Source: Dehalococcoidia bacterium (lineage in GTDB: Bacteria; Chloroflexota; Dehalococcoidia; Lucifugimonadales; UBA3495). From it: 64,000 bases of DNA. Position numbers and translations under genes: made by a program. The notes beneath the pieces were generated by a model. It made no database searches. It was given only the letters and a program-made list of their open reading frames with translations, and had not been told where the DNA came from. Where the stretch lies: NCBI GenBank assembly GCA_965204905.1, contig OZ242042.1:898778-962777 (forward strand), written 5' to 3'. Of this stretch, positions 47,284 through 56,333 are shown one piece after another; positions within the stretch are counted from its first letter, which is position 1, and each line of letters starts with the position of its first letter.

Positions 47284-47370
47284 GCGCTCAGGCGGGCCAT
47301 TTTCGGTTCTGTGGGTTTTGGGCAGAAGAATTACGCCGAGCAAGCCGGGTCGCCAAACGGTGGCATCTGG
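47284..47370 (+). repeat. E-type structured repeat
   Basis: GCGCTCAGGCGGGCCATTTTCGG...CGCCAAACGGTGGCATCTGG. Confidence 0.65.
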
Positions 47371-47472
47371 TGACGCCGTGGCGGGTCGCTAGGCTGGCTG
47401 CCGGGTAATGAAAGGGTCTTTGCTGAGGCGTCCTGCTGGTGGGTAAGGTTCTGCCATGTGGGTTCGCACGGA

Positions 47473-47488
47473 GCAGTTTCGCTACGGG
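47473..47488 (-). repeat. Junction motif copy M6
   Basis: Plus strand GCAGTTTCGCTACGGG, reverse complement CCCGTAGCGAAACTGC. Confidence 0.5.
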
Positions 47489-47931
47489 TTGGTGCCGTAT
47501 GGGACGTTGATCTCGGCGTCGTTTGAAACGCTTGCCTTGCTGTTGTCCTCGATGGCTTCGACTGGGTAGATGCAGTGGGTGACGTTCATGATGGTGTTTT
47601 CGGCGTAGGTGATCGAGGGGCCGATTATGGTGGTGTCGGGTTCTCTCCGACACCGGCACGATTGGATCTTTTCTGGTCCTGGTCGTTGCTGTGGATGAGG
47701 CGTTACGTCGCGCTGACGTTCTCGGCTAAATCCCCGGGGTCGTGGACGTGGTGTACGTTGTTGTGCTGGTACGTCCACACGAAATGGTTTGCTCAACCAA
47801 GCGTTTTTGTCGCTGGTTGGGGTGAACCCTGCGCACGGTATATGGTCGGTATCGCCGGCGCAATCGGGTCGGTCGTGGATGCTGACCTTGCTCGGTCCCA
47901 GGCTGTTGATGCCGGCGCCAATGCCGTTCAT
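47482..47931 (-). pseudogene. Degraded Fn3-type gene (paralog of 38161-38621)
   Basis: The 149-aa ORF is open, but third-position GC is only coding-like in its last third. The middle is better in another frame, which ends in a stop (..VHHVHDPGDLAENVSAT*). Confidence 0.4.
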
Positions 47932-48007
47932 GTCTACGTGGCTCCGGTTGAACGTTGGTTTGGCCGCCGGGCGGCAAAATGGCCGGGCAATCTGAGCGGC
48001 TTGGGCT

Positions 48008-48098
48008 GCGCTCAGGCTTTCCTGTTTCGGTTCTGTGGATGTTGAGCAGGAAATTGACGCCGAGCAAGCCGCGGCGCCAAACGGTGGCGTCTGGGCGC
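48008..48098 (+). repeat. E-type structured repeat
   Basis: GCGCTCAGGCTTTCCTGTTTCGG...GCCAAACGGTGGCGTCTGGGCGC. Confidence 0.7.
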
Positions 48099-48418
48099 GT
48101 TCTGGCTGGCCCGGTTAAACGGGACCGGGAGGTCGACACCGTCTTGGGTCGCGTTGGTGGCCCGGGCGACGGTCGCGTCAGGCTGGGCCGTCCGTTTTAC
48201 GGTTGGCAGAAGCCGGCATGCTGGGCGAGAGCGTGGCGGTGACGTCGTGCTTGGTGGTGGTAGTGCCGACTTTGCCCGGGGCGCGGATGTGGAAAAGGCC
48301 GCCGCGTTGGTAGGAGCGGCCGGCGATGTGCTGATTGTGCTGTTCGGGGATGGCGACGAGTTGCGGCCCGATGTTATCGGATTGAGGGCCCGGTGTCGTC
48401 GGCTTGATGGTGGCGGAC

Positions 48419-48503
48419 GCGCTCAGGCGGGCTGGTTTGGGTTGTTGGGTCCGTATGGCCCTTGGTTAGGGTAACGGCGTTTCATACGAAATGGCGGCGT
48501 CTG
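48419..48503 (+). repeat. C-type structured repeat
   Basis: GCGCTCAGGCGGGCTGGTTTGGG...TTAGGGTAACGGCGTTT...AAATGGCGGCGTCTGG. Confidence 0.7.
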
Positions 48504-48890
48504 GCGGTGTTGTGGGTGGTCGTTAGGACAAATGGGGTGCAGCAAAAAGGGCGGCTGGTGTGGACTGCACTTGGACGTCAACTGGTCGCTGTTGGTTATG
48601 CTGGCATGTGTGTGCAGTGGGTTGCTCGGCTGTCAGTCGGTGCCCCGTCAAGTTGCTGAGCGACTCCTGCGCCCGAGGATCTGCTGCGGTGGCGGATGGC
48701 TTTTTCCTGTGGACCCTGCTAACCCATCAAAACGGATCCGAGTGTGACTGCCGTCGCATTGCCCGCCCTTGTTGCGGGCCGAACCGATTCCAGTACGGCA
48801 TCGCGTGTTGGGCACGGCTTTGCGGCAAATGACCCTACGTGATAGGTTACTTCTCGGTAACGGCAGTTTTCACCCGATGCGGGGTATCGA

Positions 48891-49256
48891 GTGGCGTCCG
48901 AAATTGTTGACCTCAAAAATGTACCGGTTTACCTTATCGTGGCTTTTGCCCTTGTCATGGTCGTGGTGCCTGCTGCAGCGGCGCTTGTTCCGACAATTGC
49001 GAGCGCCATGCGTCGCCAGCGGTCAGCCAGATTTCGGACTGAACTGAGGTGGTACCTGCGGGCTGTTATATGGTGTGCAGTCGCGGCGTTAGTGATTGCG
49101 GTTGCGGCCGCGTTTATCACAATCACTGTGTCAGTTTGGACGGACCTAGAGAAAACGTCGAAACCAGCGGATCAGGGAGGGGGCGAGCATCCGCAGCATC
49201 TTATAGGAGACGAAGAGGAAGGCGCCAATCCAGGCGACCGTGGCGACGGTGAATAG
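48891..49256 (+). CDS. Small hypothetical membrane protein
   Basis: 121 aa with two long hydrophobic helices. Its 3' end overlaps a convergent ORF, so only one of the two may be real. Confidence 0.3.
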   Translation: MASEIVDLKNVPVYLIVAFALVMVVVPAAAALVPTIASAMRRQRSARFRTELRWYLRAVIWCAVAALVIAVAAAFITITVSVWTDLEKTSKPADQGGGEHPQHLIGDEEEGANPGDRGDGE

Positions 49257-49475
49257 TACTGCGCCGGTAGCCACCGTAAAAAGTGAATTTTCGTGGTCGC
49301 CCCAAATAACCAGAATGGTTCCAGTGACGGTACAGGCGGCAGCGGCTATCAGAAGGTAATTTAACCAATCCATGCCGGTGGCTTTTGAGCCATCCGCACG
49401 GTTGTGCCCATTCTGCTGTTCCGTCGTGCTGGACGCCTCGATCGCGTCCTCGTTGTTCACATGCGGATTTGCCAT
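49146..49475 (-). CDS. Small hypothetical membrane protein
   Basis: 109 aa with three hydrophobic helices (LLIAAAACTVTGTILVIW, FTVATGAVLFTVATVAWIGAFLFV). Confidence 0.35.
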   Translation of the reverse strand: MANPHVNNEDAIEASSTTEQQNGHNRADGSKATGMDWLNYLLIAAAACTVTGTILVIWGDHENSLFTVATGAVLFTVATVAWIGAFLFVSYKMLRMLAPSLIRWFRRFL

Positions 49476-50106
49476 CGGTGAGCACCTGTGGCCGCCATAT
49501 TATCGCAACCTCAATTAACTGACAAACGTGAGTGTGTTCTGCGTAGGGTGTTTCTCGGGTCGGGCGCTGGTCTACCGGGAGATGGAAATCGCTGGTAAGT
49601 TGCCGCCCCAACGACCAACAATGCCCTAAATCCAAACGGCATCACTGCCGCCGGTACGGTTGAGTTTACGGAATCTGGTATATCTGATTTTCCGTTTCCT
49701 GATAGCCGGCTACGCCTCCCAAAAGATGGGCGCGCCATGGGGGTATTATTTTTGTCCATGAGAAGCCTGCCTGCACACGGCTCTCCGTGCAAAGCCCGGA
49801 GCGTATCGGTGTCCTGACACAGGGACTGGTCAACCGCGGAATCGTCGTTTCCGATCATGCCCGTGGCGCTTGGTGCCTGACCCGTAGGATTCTACCGATT
49901 GGTTTCCTACTGGCGACCGTTCCAGTCAATGAGGACTAGCCGCAACGGCTGATCGTCTTCATGCGGTCGGACGCCGACAAATCCGTGCCGCGAAGAAGCA
50001 TGGGATTTCCTGACGATTGGCTGGCCTCTCCATATGGCGTAGGCACTCGCCGCCGGGAGGGAAAGTGAACGCGGAGGTTGATGCCCTGGTTGTCGCTGCC
50101 ACTCGG

Positions 50107-50469
50107 TCAAATTCTGGGTAGCGAAATTTCCTGCGTCATCTTCTCGTTGCCGCAGTCGCAGGTGCGCTCCAGGATCTGGAGGGCGAGGTCGAACCCGTGG
50201 GTGCGGTTGGCGTCGGCTGCGCAGTGCTCGCGCTTGAGTTGATCGTATTTCTGGGCGAACCGGGCGTAAGCGGTTTTACGCCTGTTGGCCTTGAGGTCGG
50301 TGCGGCCTTTGGAGACCCACTTGCCGAGGGTGGTGGGGAACAGGGTGACGCCGTACTCGCGGACCTGTCTGACGACGTCGTTGTAGGTGCCGTCGGTATC
50401 GGGGAGGGCGCGCAGGACGGCGGCGATGTTCGGAGCGGTGAATTGTGCGGTGTTGTTGAAGTTGGTCAT
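50107..50469 (-). pseudogene. Family B copy B3, truncated inside the zinc ribbon
   Basis: Near-identical to B1 for 107 aa. Homology stops right after CDCGNEK, exactly at motif copy M7, so the second Cys pair is lost. Confidence 0.65.
50116..50131 (+). repeat. Junction motif copy M7 (GGGTAGCGAAATTTCC)
   Basis: One mismatch. It marks the B3 truncation point. Confidence 0.6.
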
Positions 50470-50518
50470 GGTGTCCTCCTGGTGGCTCTCGGTTTCTCCT
50501 CCAGGTGTGGGACTTGTG

Positions 50519-50606
50519 CTTGGACGGGCTCAGTTTGGGCTGATTGCCCGTACCGGCCCGTCAGGTAGGATAACGATGTCTCGGGCGAGACGGTAGTGCT
50601 TGGGGT
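50519..50606 (+). repeat. C-type structured repeat, 5' of B3
   Basis: Almost identical to 33039-33126 in its first half. Confidence 0.7.
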
Positions 50607-50721
50607 TGCGGTGGCAGGCTATTTGTCGAGGTGCCGGGTAGTGGAAAGGGCGGCCCATTCGAGCTGCCCTTGCGTTTGGTGGTTTTCCCGGCGTAGTCGG
50701 ACCGGGGGTATTTGGCTTGCC

Positions 50722-51576
50722 TTACGGGATGGCAATCTCGGCGGCGTTGGTCATGTCGCTCTCGCCGTTGGCCTTGAGGGCTTCCACCCGGTAGATGTAG
50801 GTGGTGCCGCTCGCGGCGGTGGAGTCCGTGTAGGACGTGTCGGACAGGTCCACTGGGAACCTGGTCCAGTCGATGGGCCGGTCTCCCGCCACCCGGCGCT
50901 TGACCTGTTGGGTGGTGTAGTTGGGGTTGGTGTGTCCGGTCCACGTGAGGGACACGTTCCCGCCGCTGATGGTAGCGCTGAGTCCTGTAGGGGGCATCCT
51001 CTCGGGAGGGGGCGTTGGTGTCGGGTTAGGTGTGGGCGCTGGGTCGCTTGGCGGGTCCTGTGCTCCAGCCGTGGCGCTCACGTCTGCGGATCTGGTTCTG
51101 CCGGATTGGTTGATTGCGATGACCCGGTAGGTGTACGCCGTGTTGCCGGTCAGGTTAGTGACCGTTGCCTGTAGGTCTCCTGTCCATGTCACGCCGTAGG
51201 CTTCGTCTTTGCCGTCTTCTTGGAATGGGAGTTTGCGGAATCTCTTGGCCGTGCCGTCCCACTGCTGGACCTCGTAGCTGTCGGCCAGTCTTGCCGTGTC
51301 CCACTGGATCGTAACTCTTCCGCCGGATAGTCCGGTTGCGGTTGGCTGTGGCGTTGCGGGCTTGGTTTCGACCACTATTCTTGGTGCCCAGAGTGACACT
51401 TGGGAGGCTGATGTGGCCTGTACCGTCATGGCGTAGTAGCTTCCGAGGCACGTGTTCCTGACGGTGTGCCCCGTGTTCGAGGCGATTCCGCTACTCGGAT
51501 TTTCATTGGACAACAGCGGAAATGGGTCGCCGTGGTGACGGCTTTCGTCGGTAGACTGAGAAAGCCCCGCTGGCAC
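50722..51576 (-). CDS. Protein with two Fn3 domains joined by a Pro/Thr linker
   Basis: VTIQWDT..YTYRVIAINQSG and VSLTWTG..YIYRVEALKANG. The real start may be the ATG at 51429, because the upstream part covers motif M8. Confidence 0.65.
   Translation of the reverse strand: MPAGLSQSTDESRHHGDPFPLLSNENPSSGIASNTGHTVRNTCLGSYYAMTVQATSASQVSLWAPRIVVETKPATPQPTATGLSGGRVTIQWDTARLADSYEVQQWDGTAKRFRKLPFQEDGKDEAYGVTWTGDLQATVTNLTGNTAYTYRVIAINQSGRTRSADVSATAGAQDPPSDPAPTPNPTPTPPPERMPPTGLSATISGGNVSLTWTGHTNPNYTTQQVKRRVAGDRPIDWTRFPVDLSDTSYTDSTAASGTTYIYRVEALKANGESDMTNAAEIAIP
51481..51496 (-). repeat. Junction motif copy M8
   Basis: Plus strand GGCGATTCCGCTACTC, reverse complement GAGTAGCGGAATCGCC. Confidence 0.5.
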
Positions 51577-51618
51577 TCGCCAGAGGGGCTTTTGCGTGGG
51601 CTGCTCTCTGCACGGTGT

Positions 51619-52014
51619 TTAATTGGTCTGGCTTGGCTTGAGCATCATCTCAAGGAACTCAGCGCTGCGGCAGTTCGGGCACTGGATGTCGAGTGCTGGT
51701 GATGATATTGGTACTGCGACCTTGCACTCGACGCAGTAGAACTGGTAGAACTTCTCCCACTCAGCATCGTCCTTTGGTTCAGGAAGTGCATCGTTTCCTT
51801 CGTCGATGCGTCTTTGCAACCTGAAGCAGATGCGCCTGCTTTCGTTCCGCAATTCGGTTTCGAAGTCGCTGAGCTCCTCTTTTTCTGACCAGTAGGTCAT
51901 AAGATCGTTTCCGATGTCGAGCACTCTTTGGACGCCTTCTGTGGATAGTTCCATGAGTGCTTCCCGCAGGACCAGCCTAGTGGCGATGAGTTGAGCCATT
52001 TCCTTTGTTTCCAT
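51619..52014 (-). CDS. Hypothetical protein with C-terminal zinc ribbon
   Basis: 131 aa. CVECKV...CPNCRS. Confidence 0.5.
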   Translation of the reverse strand: METKEMAQLIATRLVLREALMELSTEGVQRVLDIGNDLMTYWSEKEELSDFETELRNESRRICFRLQRRIDEGNDALPEPKDDAEWEKFYQFYCVECKVAVPISSPALDIQCPNCRSAEFLEMMLKPSQTN

Positions 52015-52149
52015 AGTTGCTCCTTTTGGGTCTCGTTAGAGGGTGCAATTGCAATCTAGAAAGCAGGCCGGAAAGCCCTGGTTGGGAAGAGTGATAGCGC
52101 CAGTGTTGGCGACCTGAGCCAAGCCAGTGCCAAGGTTGGTAGCAGGTGG

Positions 52150-53922
52150 TGATCCACGCCGAGATTCCCGCCAATTTCAGTGATGGTGACGACGCCGTGG
52201 GGGTTATCGCCAGGATCTCCGAACCACGCCGGTTTGGTTGGCCAGCAGGGTCAAGTTGGCCACTGTGGCGGCCAGGTACAACTGGCACTTGGTCTTGACC
52301 CGTCCGAAGTAGCGAGCCTGCCGGATGCCCAACTGCTCCAGTCGAGCCAGTCTATGCTCCGCCACCACCCGTAGCTGCCGGTACTGATCGTAGTCGGCGC
52401 TTTGCTGCAAGGCCCGCGCCGATTGCAGCAAGCCTTCCTGGGGGTGGATCAGCACCTGGCGTCCCTTCCTGCCCTTGGCCGCAAAGCACTGGGACCGCAA
52501 CAGGCAGCCCTGGCACACCGCACCGTCAAACCGGAAAGCTTGCAGCCGACGCACCGTCCCAGTAATGTCGGTGCGTTTCCCCGCCGGCACGATGGTGCGA
52601 GTGATCTGTCCTGCCGGACAGGTGCAGCTTCCCGCCGACAGGTCGATGCTGAAGTCTTCCTTGGGGAAACATTTCCGGTTGGGACGACCCGGCACTCGGG
52701 CCACCAGCCTGCGCCCAGCATCTGCGGAAACCTGACGGGTGCTGCCGTCGCCGTAGGCGGTGTCCCCCAAGGCCTCCACCACCGCCACATCGGCGCTGGC
52801 CTCGCTCTGTTCCACCAACTCCAGCGCCCCCAGATTATCGGGAGCGTTCCCCGGCAACACATCCACCGCGGTGATCAATTGGCTGTCGGTGTCCACCACC
52901 ACAGCGGCCTTGTGTCCGTCAAAACGCCGGCTCTTGCTCTTGTGGCCGTGGCGCATCTGTAGATCGTGTACCGACACCATCCGGTCCTTGCTCACACCAT
53001 CTTTCAGGCTCACCCCGCCGTCATCATCGCCACCGCTGTCGCGCTTCACGTCCTGGAGCAGTAATTGTCCCAGCAAATCCGCCGTGTCAACCATCGCCTG
53101 CCGCTCGGCGCTGTCGACGGGCACCCAGTCTTGGGTTTGCCGAGCCAACTCCAGCAACCGGTCGGCGTCGGCCACAATCTGTCCCAACAACCTCCGCCGC
53201 GCCCGACGGTTGGACCAGTCGATGACCGCTTCCCCCTTCACGCTACTGCCCACGTAGCGTTTGTAACCCTGGCCCTCCGCCCAGCGCCGCACCGGCACAC
53301 CGTCCACCGCCGCCAGCGCCCGCATCAGCTTCACGATGCCGTCGCCCAGAAGATTGTAAGTGTCCTTCACCGCACCGCGTCCCAGGACGTAGGTCGTGTC
53401 CATGGCCACCCGCATCCCACGCTTTCCCTTCAGGTAGCCGGCCTCCCGCGCGAGCCGCAGGCTCTGCTTGAATACCTCACGCACCTTGTCGTGCAAAATC
53501 AACTGCGCTCGGAACACCTGCAGCGTGCTCTTGGCAAAGGGCCGATCCTCGATCTCAATGCCCAACGCTACCTTCCACCGGATGTCGAAATCGGCTCTGG
53601 CCTTGGCCTCGGCGTCGCTCACCTTGTCGTGGGTCTGCAACAACAGCGCCGTGGCCAGCAGGCTCGGCGGCACGCTGACCCGCCCATTGTCCATGCAGTA
53701 CAACTCGGCGAAGTCGGCGTCGCGAAACAGCTGGCCCCGCAATGACGCCAGCAGCCGATAGAAGGTGTCTCGGCCCACCAGGTCCAGGTACAACTGGTCC
53801 GCCTCCCAAAGCCCCCTCTGGTCGGATCGCTCGCCCATCATGGTCTCTCTCACTTCGCTCCGCTATCTCAACTGGCCCGGAGTATAACTCCCTACTCCAT
53901 CAACCGGGGTTTCCGACCGCAT
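52150..53922 (-). mobile_element. IS1182/IS5-like insertion sequence (ends approximate)
   Basis: The right end is placed where homology with the truncated second copy (54355-54523) stops (GGGGTTTCCGRCCG). The left end is not resolved. Confidence 0.6.
52204..53853 (-). CDS. DDE transposase with DUF772-type N-terminus
   Basis: 549 aa. GRVSVPPSLLATALLLQTHDKVSDAEA..DIRWKVALG, and C-terminal GIRQARYFGRVKTKCQLYLAATVANL. Confidence 0.85.
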   Translation of the reverse strand: MRETMMGERSDQRGLWEADQLYLDLVGRDTFYRLLASLRGQLFRDADFAELYCMDNGRVSVPPSLLATALLLQTHDKVSDAEAKARADFDIRWKVALGIEIEDRPFAKSTLQVFRAQLILHDKVREVFKQSLRLAREAGYLKGKRGMRVAMDTTYVLGRGAVKDTYNLLGDGIVKLMRALAAVDGVPVRRWAEGQGYKRYVGSSVKGEAVIDWSNRRARRRLLGQIVADADRLLELARQTQDWVPVDSAERQAMVDTADLLGQLLLQDVKRDSGGDDDGGVSLKDGVSKDRMVSVHDLQMRHGHKSKSRRFDGHKAAVVVDTDSQLITAVDVLPGNAPDNLGALELVEQSEASADVAVVEALGDTAYGDGSTRQVSADAGRRLVARVPGRPNRKCFPKEDFSIDLSAGSCTCPAGQITRTIVPAGKRTDITGTVRRLQAFRFDGAVCQGCLLRSQCFAAKGRKGRQVLIHPQEGLLQSARALQQSADYDQYRQLRVVAEHRLARLEQLGIRQARYFGRVKTKCQLYLAATVANLTLLANQTGVVRRSWR

Positions 53923-53947
53923 CTCCAGTGGGTCGGCATAGTCGTAC

Positions 53948-54334
53948 TCATGGGTCTTCGGAAAGGCGTATGACAGAGGATTCGTCTGCGAGGAAGTCGA
54001 TGCGGATCTCGTCTTCGCCGGTGTGGTGGGGCAGGCGTATCGCAATCCAGTAGCAGTACGGAGCCAAGTTCTCGAGGTGGATGGAGGCATTTTCGTGGTG
54101 GATGAGGGGATCGGAGGTGATGATGTCGTCGGACGGCTCTACTTCCCAGACATCGAGTGGTGTTGTCGCAGGTTCGGTGAACATGGTGAAGACACGGAGG
54201 TCCTCGGAGGTGCGTACAGCAAGAGACAAGCTGAACCGGCCCAGGCGTGAGACGGTGACCTGGGCGCTGCGGGCAAGGATCTCGTCGACGTGTTGTGGGT
54301 CGTCTGGGAAGAGGCGGACTTCGATGCTATTCAT
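53948..54334 (-). CDS. Hypothetical 128-aa protein trapped between a full and a truncated IS copy
   Basis: Clean ORF with no recognised motif. Confidence 0.45.
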   Translation of the reverse strand: MNSIEVRLFPDDPQHVDEILARSAQVTVSRLGRFSLSLAVRTSEDLRVFTMFTEPATTPLDVWEVEPSDDIITSDPLIHHENASIHLENLAPYCYWIAIRLPHHTGEDEIRIDFLADESSVIRLSEDP

Positions 54335-54354
54335 GGTGCTCAGCCACCACTAAG

Positions 54355-54523
54355 GTTGTTGTCGGGACAATACGGCTCAGCGACATCGCGGAACAACTGG
54401 TCCGATTCCCAAAGTCCTCTCTGATCGGACCGCTCCCCCGACATCGCACTCTTCACTCCGCTAGCTTGGCTGGCCTGGAGTATAATCCGCTACTCCATAA
54501 ACTGGGGTTTCCGGCCGAATTTC
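54355..54523 (-). mobile_element. Truncated second copy of the 52150-53922 IS (5' end plus first ~35 codons)
   Basis: MSGERSDQRGLWESDQL parallels MMGERSDQRGLWEADQL. The upstream 90 nt align with 53854-53922. Confidence 0.65.
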
Positions 54524-54760
54524 TAGGGCGAAGAGGCGTCGCTGTAGGGTCTTGGAGGTCGCCACCGGCTCGCCCAGTCCCCAGATGGTGAGCCGGCGTG
54601 ACCGGCGAGAGCATATCGGCATCGACCAAAGGGCGGAGATCGTCGAAGGCAATGCAGATGCGGTCAGGCTGCTTGCGTAGTAGCATCCGATGGGTGCTCC
54701 TCGTTTCGGGCTGGTTTTGTGATTCAAAAACCATTATCCCCGAAGCCGGGAGCACTTTCT
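54524..54760 (-). pseudogene. IS1380-family transposase, internally deleted and interrupted
   Basis: N-terminal MLLRKQPDRICIAFDDLRPLVDADM is joined out of frame to GLGEPVATSKTLQRRLFAL (the same segment as in 39511-39860), then cut by the truncated IS. Confidence 0.55.
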
Positions 54761-54853
54761 TATCCCTTCAGCGCGCTGTCACACTTAATCTTTTCGGTGG
54801 ATTGGCGCTTAGGCACATCCCCGCGTATCGCGTTGTTTTCCTGCCCGGTTTTG

Positions 54854-55020
54854 GAGTGGCGAGATTTTCACGGCTTGAACGTTTGCGATTGAAGTGGAGA
54901 GGTGTTGGTGGTACGATCTTCTCACGTAAACCCACCGGTACCCTACTCGGCAATAGAGGGCGAAAGGGGCTGGTCACTTGAACCCCGGGGTGTTGGTCAG
55001 CCAACGCCCCGTACTTTTTG
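54854..55020 (+). other. Conserved ~165-nt unit X2 (degenerate motif, hairpin, T5 tract)
   Basis: GAGTGGCGAGATTTTC ... GGGGTGTTGG-tcag-CCAACGCCCC GTACTTTTTG. Homologous to X1. Confidence 0.55.
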
Positions 55021-55460
55021 AGATAGATCTCTATCCGTTGGGGCGTTTGTTGGCGGAGACTGCTCTGGCGGTTGTGGACGCGACGGCGGGTTTGGACTAT
55101 CAGGGGATGCGGCTATATGGGTCTTACGATCCGGTGAGTGCTGCCGGGAACCGACAGCGTAACTGGTTTACCAATTTTGCCAGCCAAGTTCCGGGAGAAT
55201 CGGTGACGGCCGTGCCGCGGCAGAGGAAGCGGACTGGTCCGGTCTGTCCTTCCTGCAACGATGTGGTGGAGCGTTGCCCGGATTGCGGGAGCGATATGCG
55301 GGGTACCGAGGAGAAGGGCGTGGACACGCGCATTGCGACGGATATGGTCAGCTTGGCGTGGGTTGACCAGTACGACGTGGCTGTGCTGGTGTCGTCCGAC
55401 CGGGACTTCGTACCTGTCGTCCAGTTCTTGGACAGCAGGGCAATCAAGGTGGTGCGATGA
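54978..55460 (+). pseudogene. NYN/LabA-like (PIN-fold) domain protein with inserted zinc ribbon, N-terminus replaced
   Basis: GVDTRIATDMVSLAWVDQYDVAVLVSSDRDFVPVVQFL and CPSC..CPDC. The first ~15 codons are the X2 hairpin, so the native 5' end is gone. Confidence 0.6.
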
Positions 55461-55577
55461 GGTCATGGCAGCGTTCGAGCAGGAGTTGGGCCTGTATGGC
55501 GTCGGCGGCCGCAATTGACGTTCCGAGTTCACGGGTGGATTCGGTGGGCCTGTAGGGCTCTTCTTGGGTCGGCGGAA

Positions 55578-55605
55578 TGCAAAGAGCCGCCATTGCGGCG
55601 GCTCT
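55578..55605 (-). terminator. Stem-loop with short U tract (paralog of 62796-62821)
   Basis: Minus-sense AGAGCCGCC-GCAA-UGGCGGCUCU UUGC. Confidence 0.4.
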
Positions 55606-55740
55606 GGGATCGGTGACGGTGGGTATGCTACGGCGTTGGCGGTGACGTCGGTGGCGTTCCTGCTGGCTTTGAAATCCCGTGGTTGGGCAAAGAGACTGAG
55701 AGGGTTTGATTTGGCCTATAGCTAGGCCGGCGCCTTTGAT

Positions 55741-55828
55741 GTAGGGTAGTGGAGATTGGAGCGAAACGGTGGCGTCTGGTGTTGTCATGGCGGGTCTCCG
55801 GGCTGGCTGCCGGGTATGAAAATGGGGT
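55741..55828 (+). repeat. 3' half of a C-type repeat plus its conserved extension
   Basis: GCGAAACGGTGGCGTCTGGTG...GGCTGGCTGCCGGGTATGAAAATGG, as at 14231-14296 and 47351-47417. Confidence 0.55.
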
Positions 55829-55838
55829 GCTCAAGGGA

Positions 55839-56242
55839 ACGGTCTGGTCATGGGAGTTTCTGGACAAGCGGGATCCCGTTCAACTGGAGGGACCGTCTGG
55901 TGCTGGCAAGAAATTTCTCGCCCAGATCTTGGGCTACTCGGCCATCCGCGTCGGACGCGCTGTGCGCGTCATCATTGACTTCCTCTGCCTCTACAGCCCA
56001 CTGCCCACCAGTCGGCCGATCTTTACGAACTCATCCTCAACCGCCGCCGTTCCTCCGGTTTCGTCATCACCAGCAACCGGGCCGTGGACGAGTGACTGAG
56101 CCTCTTCGACGATCCCATCCTCGGCAACAGCGCTTTGGATCGTTTGGCCAACGCCAGCTGCCAGATCGTCATCGAGGGTACCAGCTACCCGGAACGGCTG
56201 TCCCCACACCGCGTCCTGCTGGGTGCTACAGGAGGTGATTGA
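55839..56242 (+). pseudogene. IS21-family IstB helper ATPase remnant
   Basis: WEFLDKRDPVQLEGPSGAGKKFLAQILG (Walker A), then after a frame change ADLYELILNRRRSSGFVITSNRAVDE*LSLFDDPILGNSALDRLANAS with an in-frame TGA. Confidence 0.7.
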
Positions 56243-56333
56243 CCGCCAAATAGCAACCTGATATTGATCAAAATCGCCACGCGCCCAAGGTGGTACATAG
56301 CCCTTGGCGATCACTGGCTCAATGTCCGGGTCC

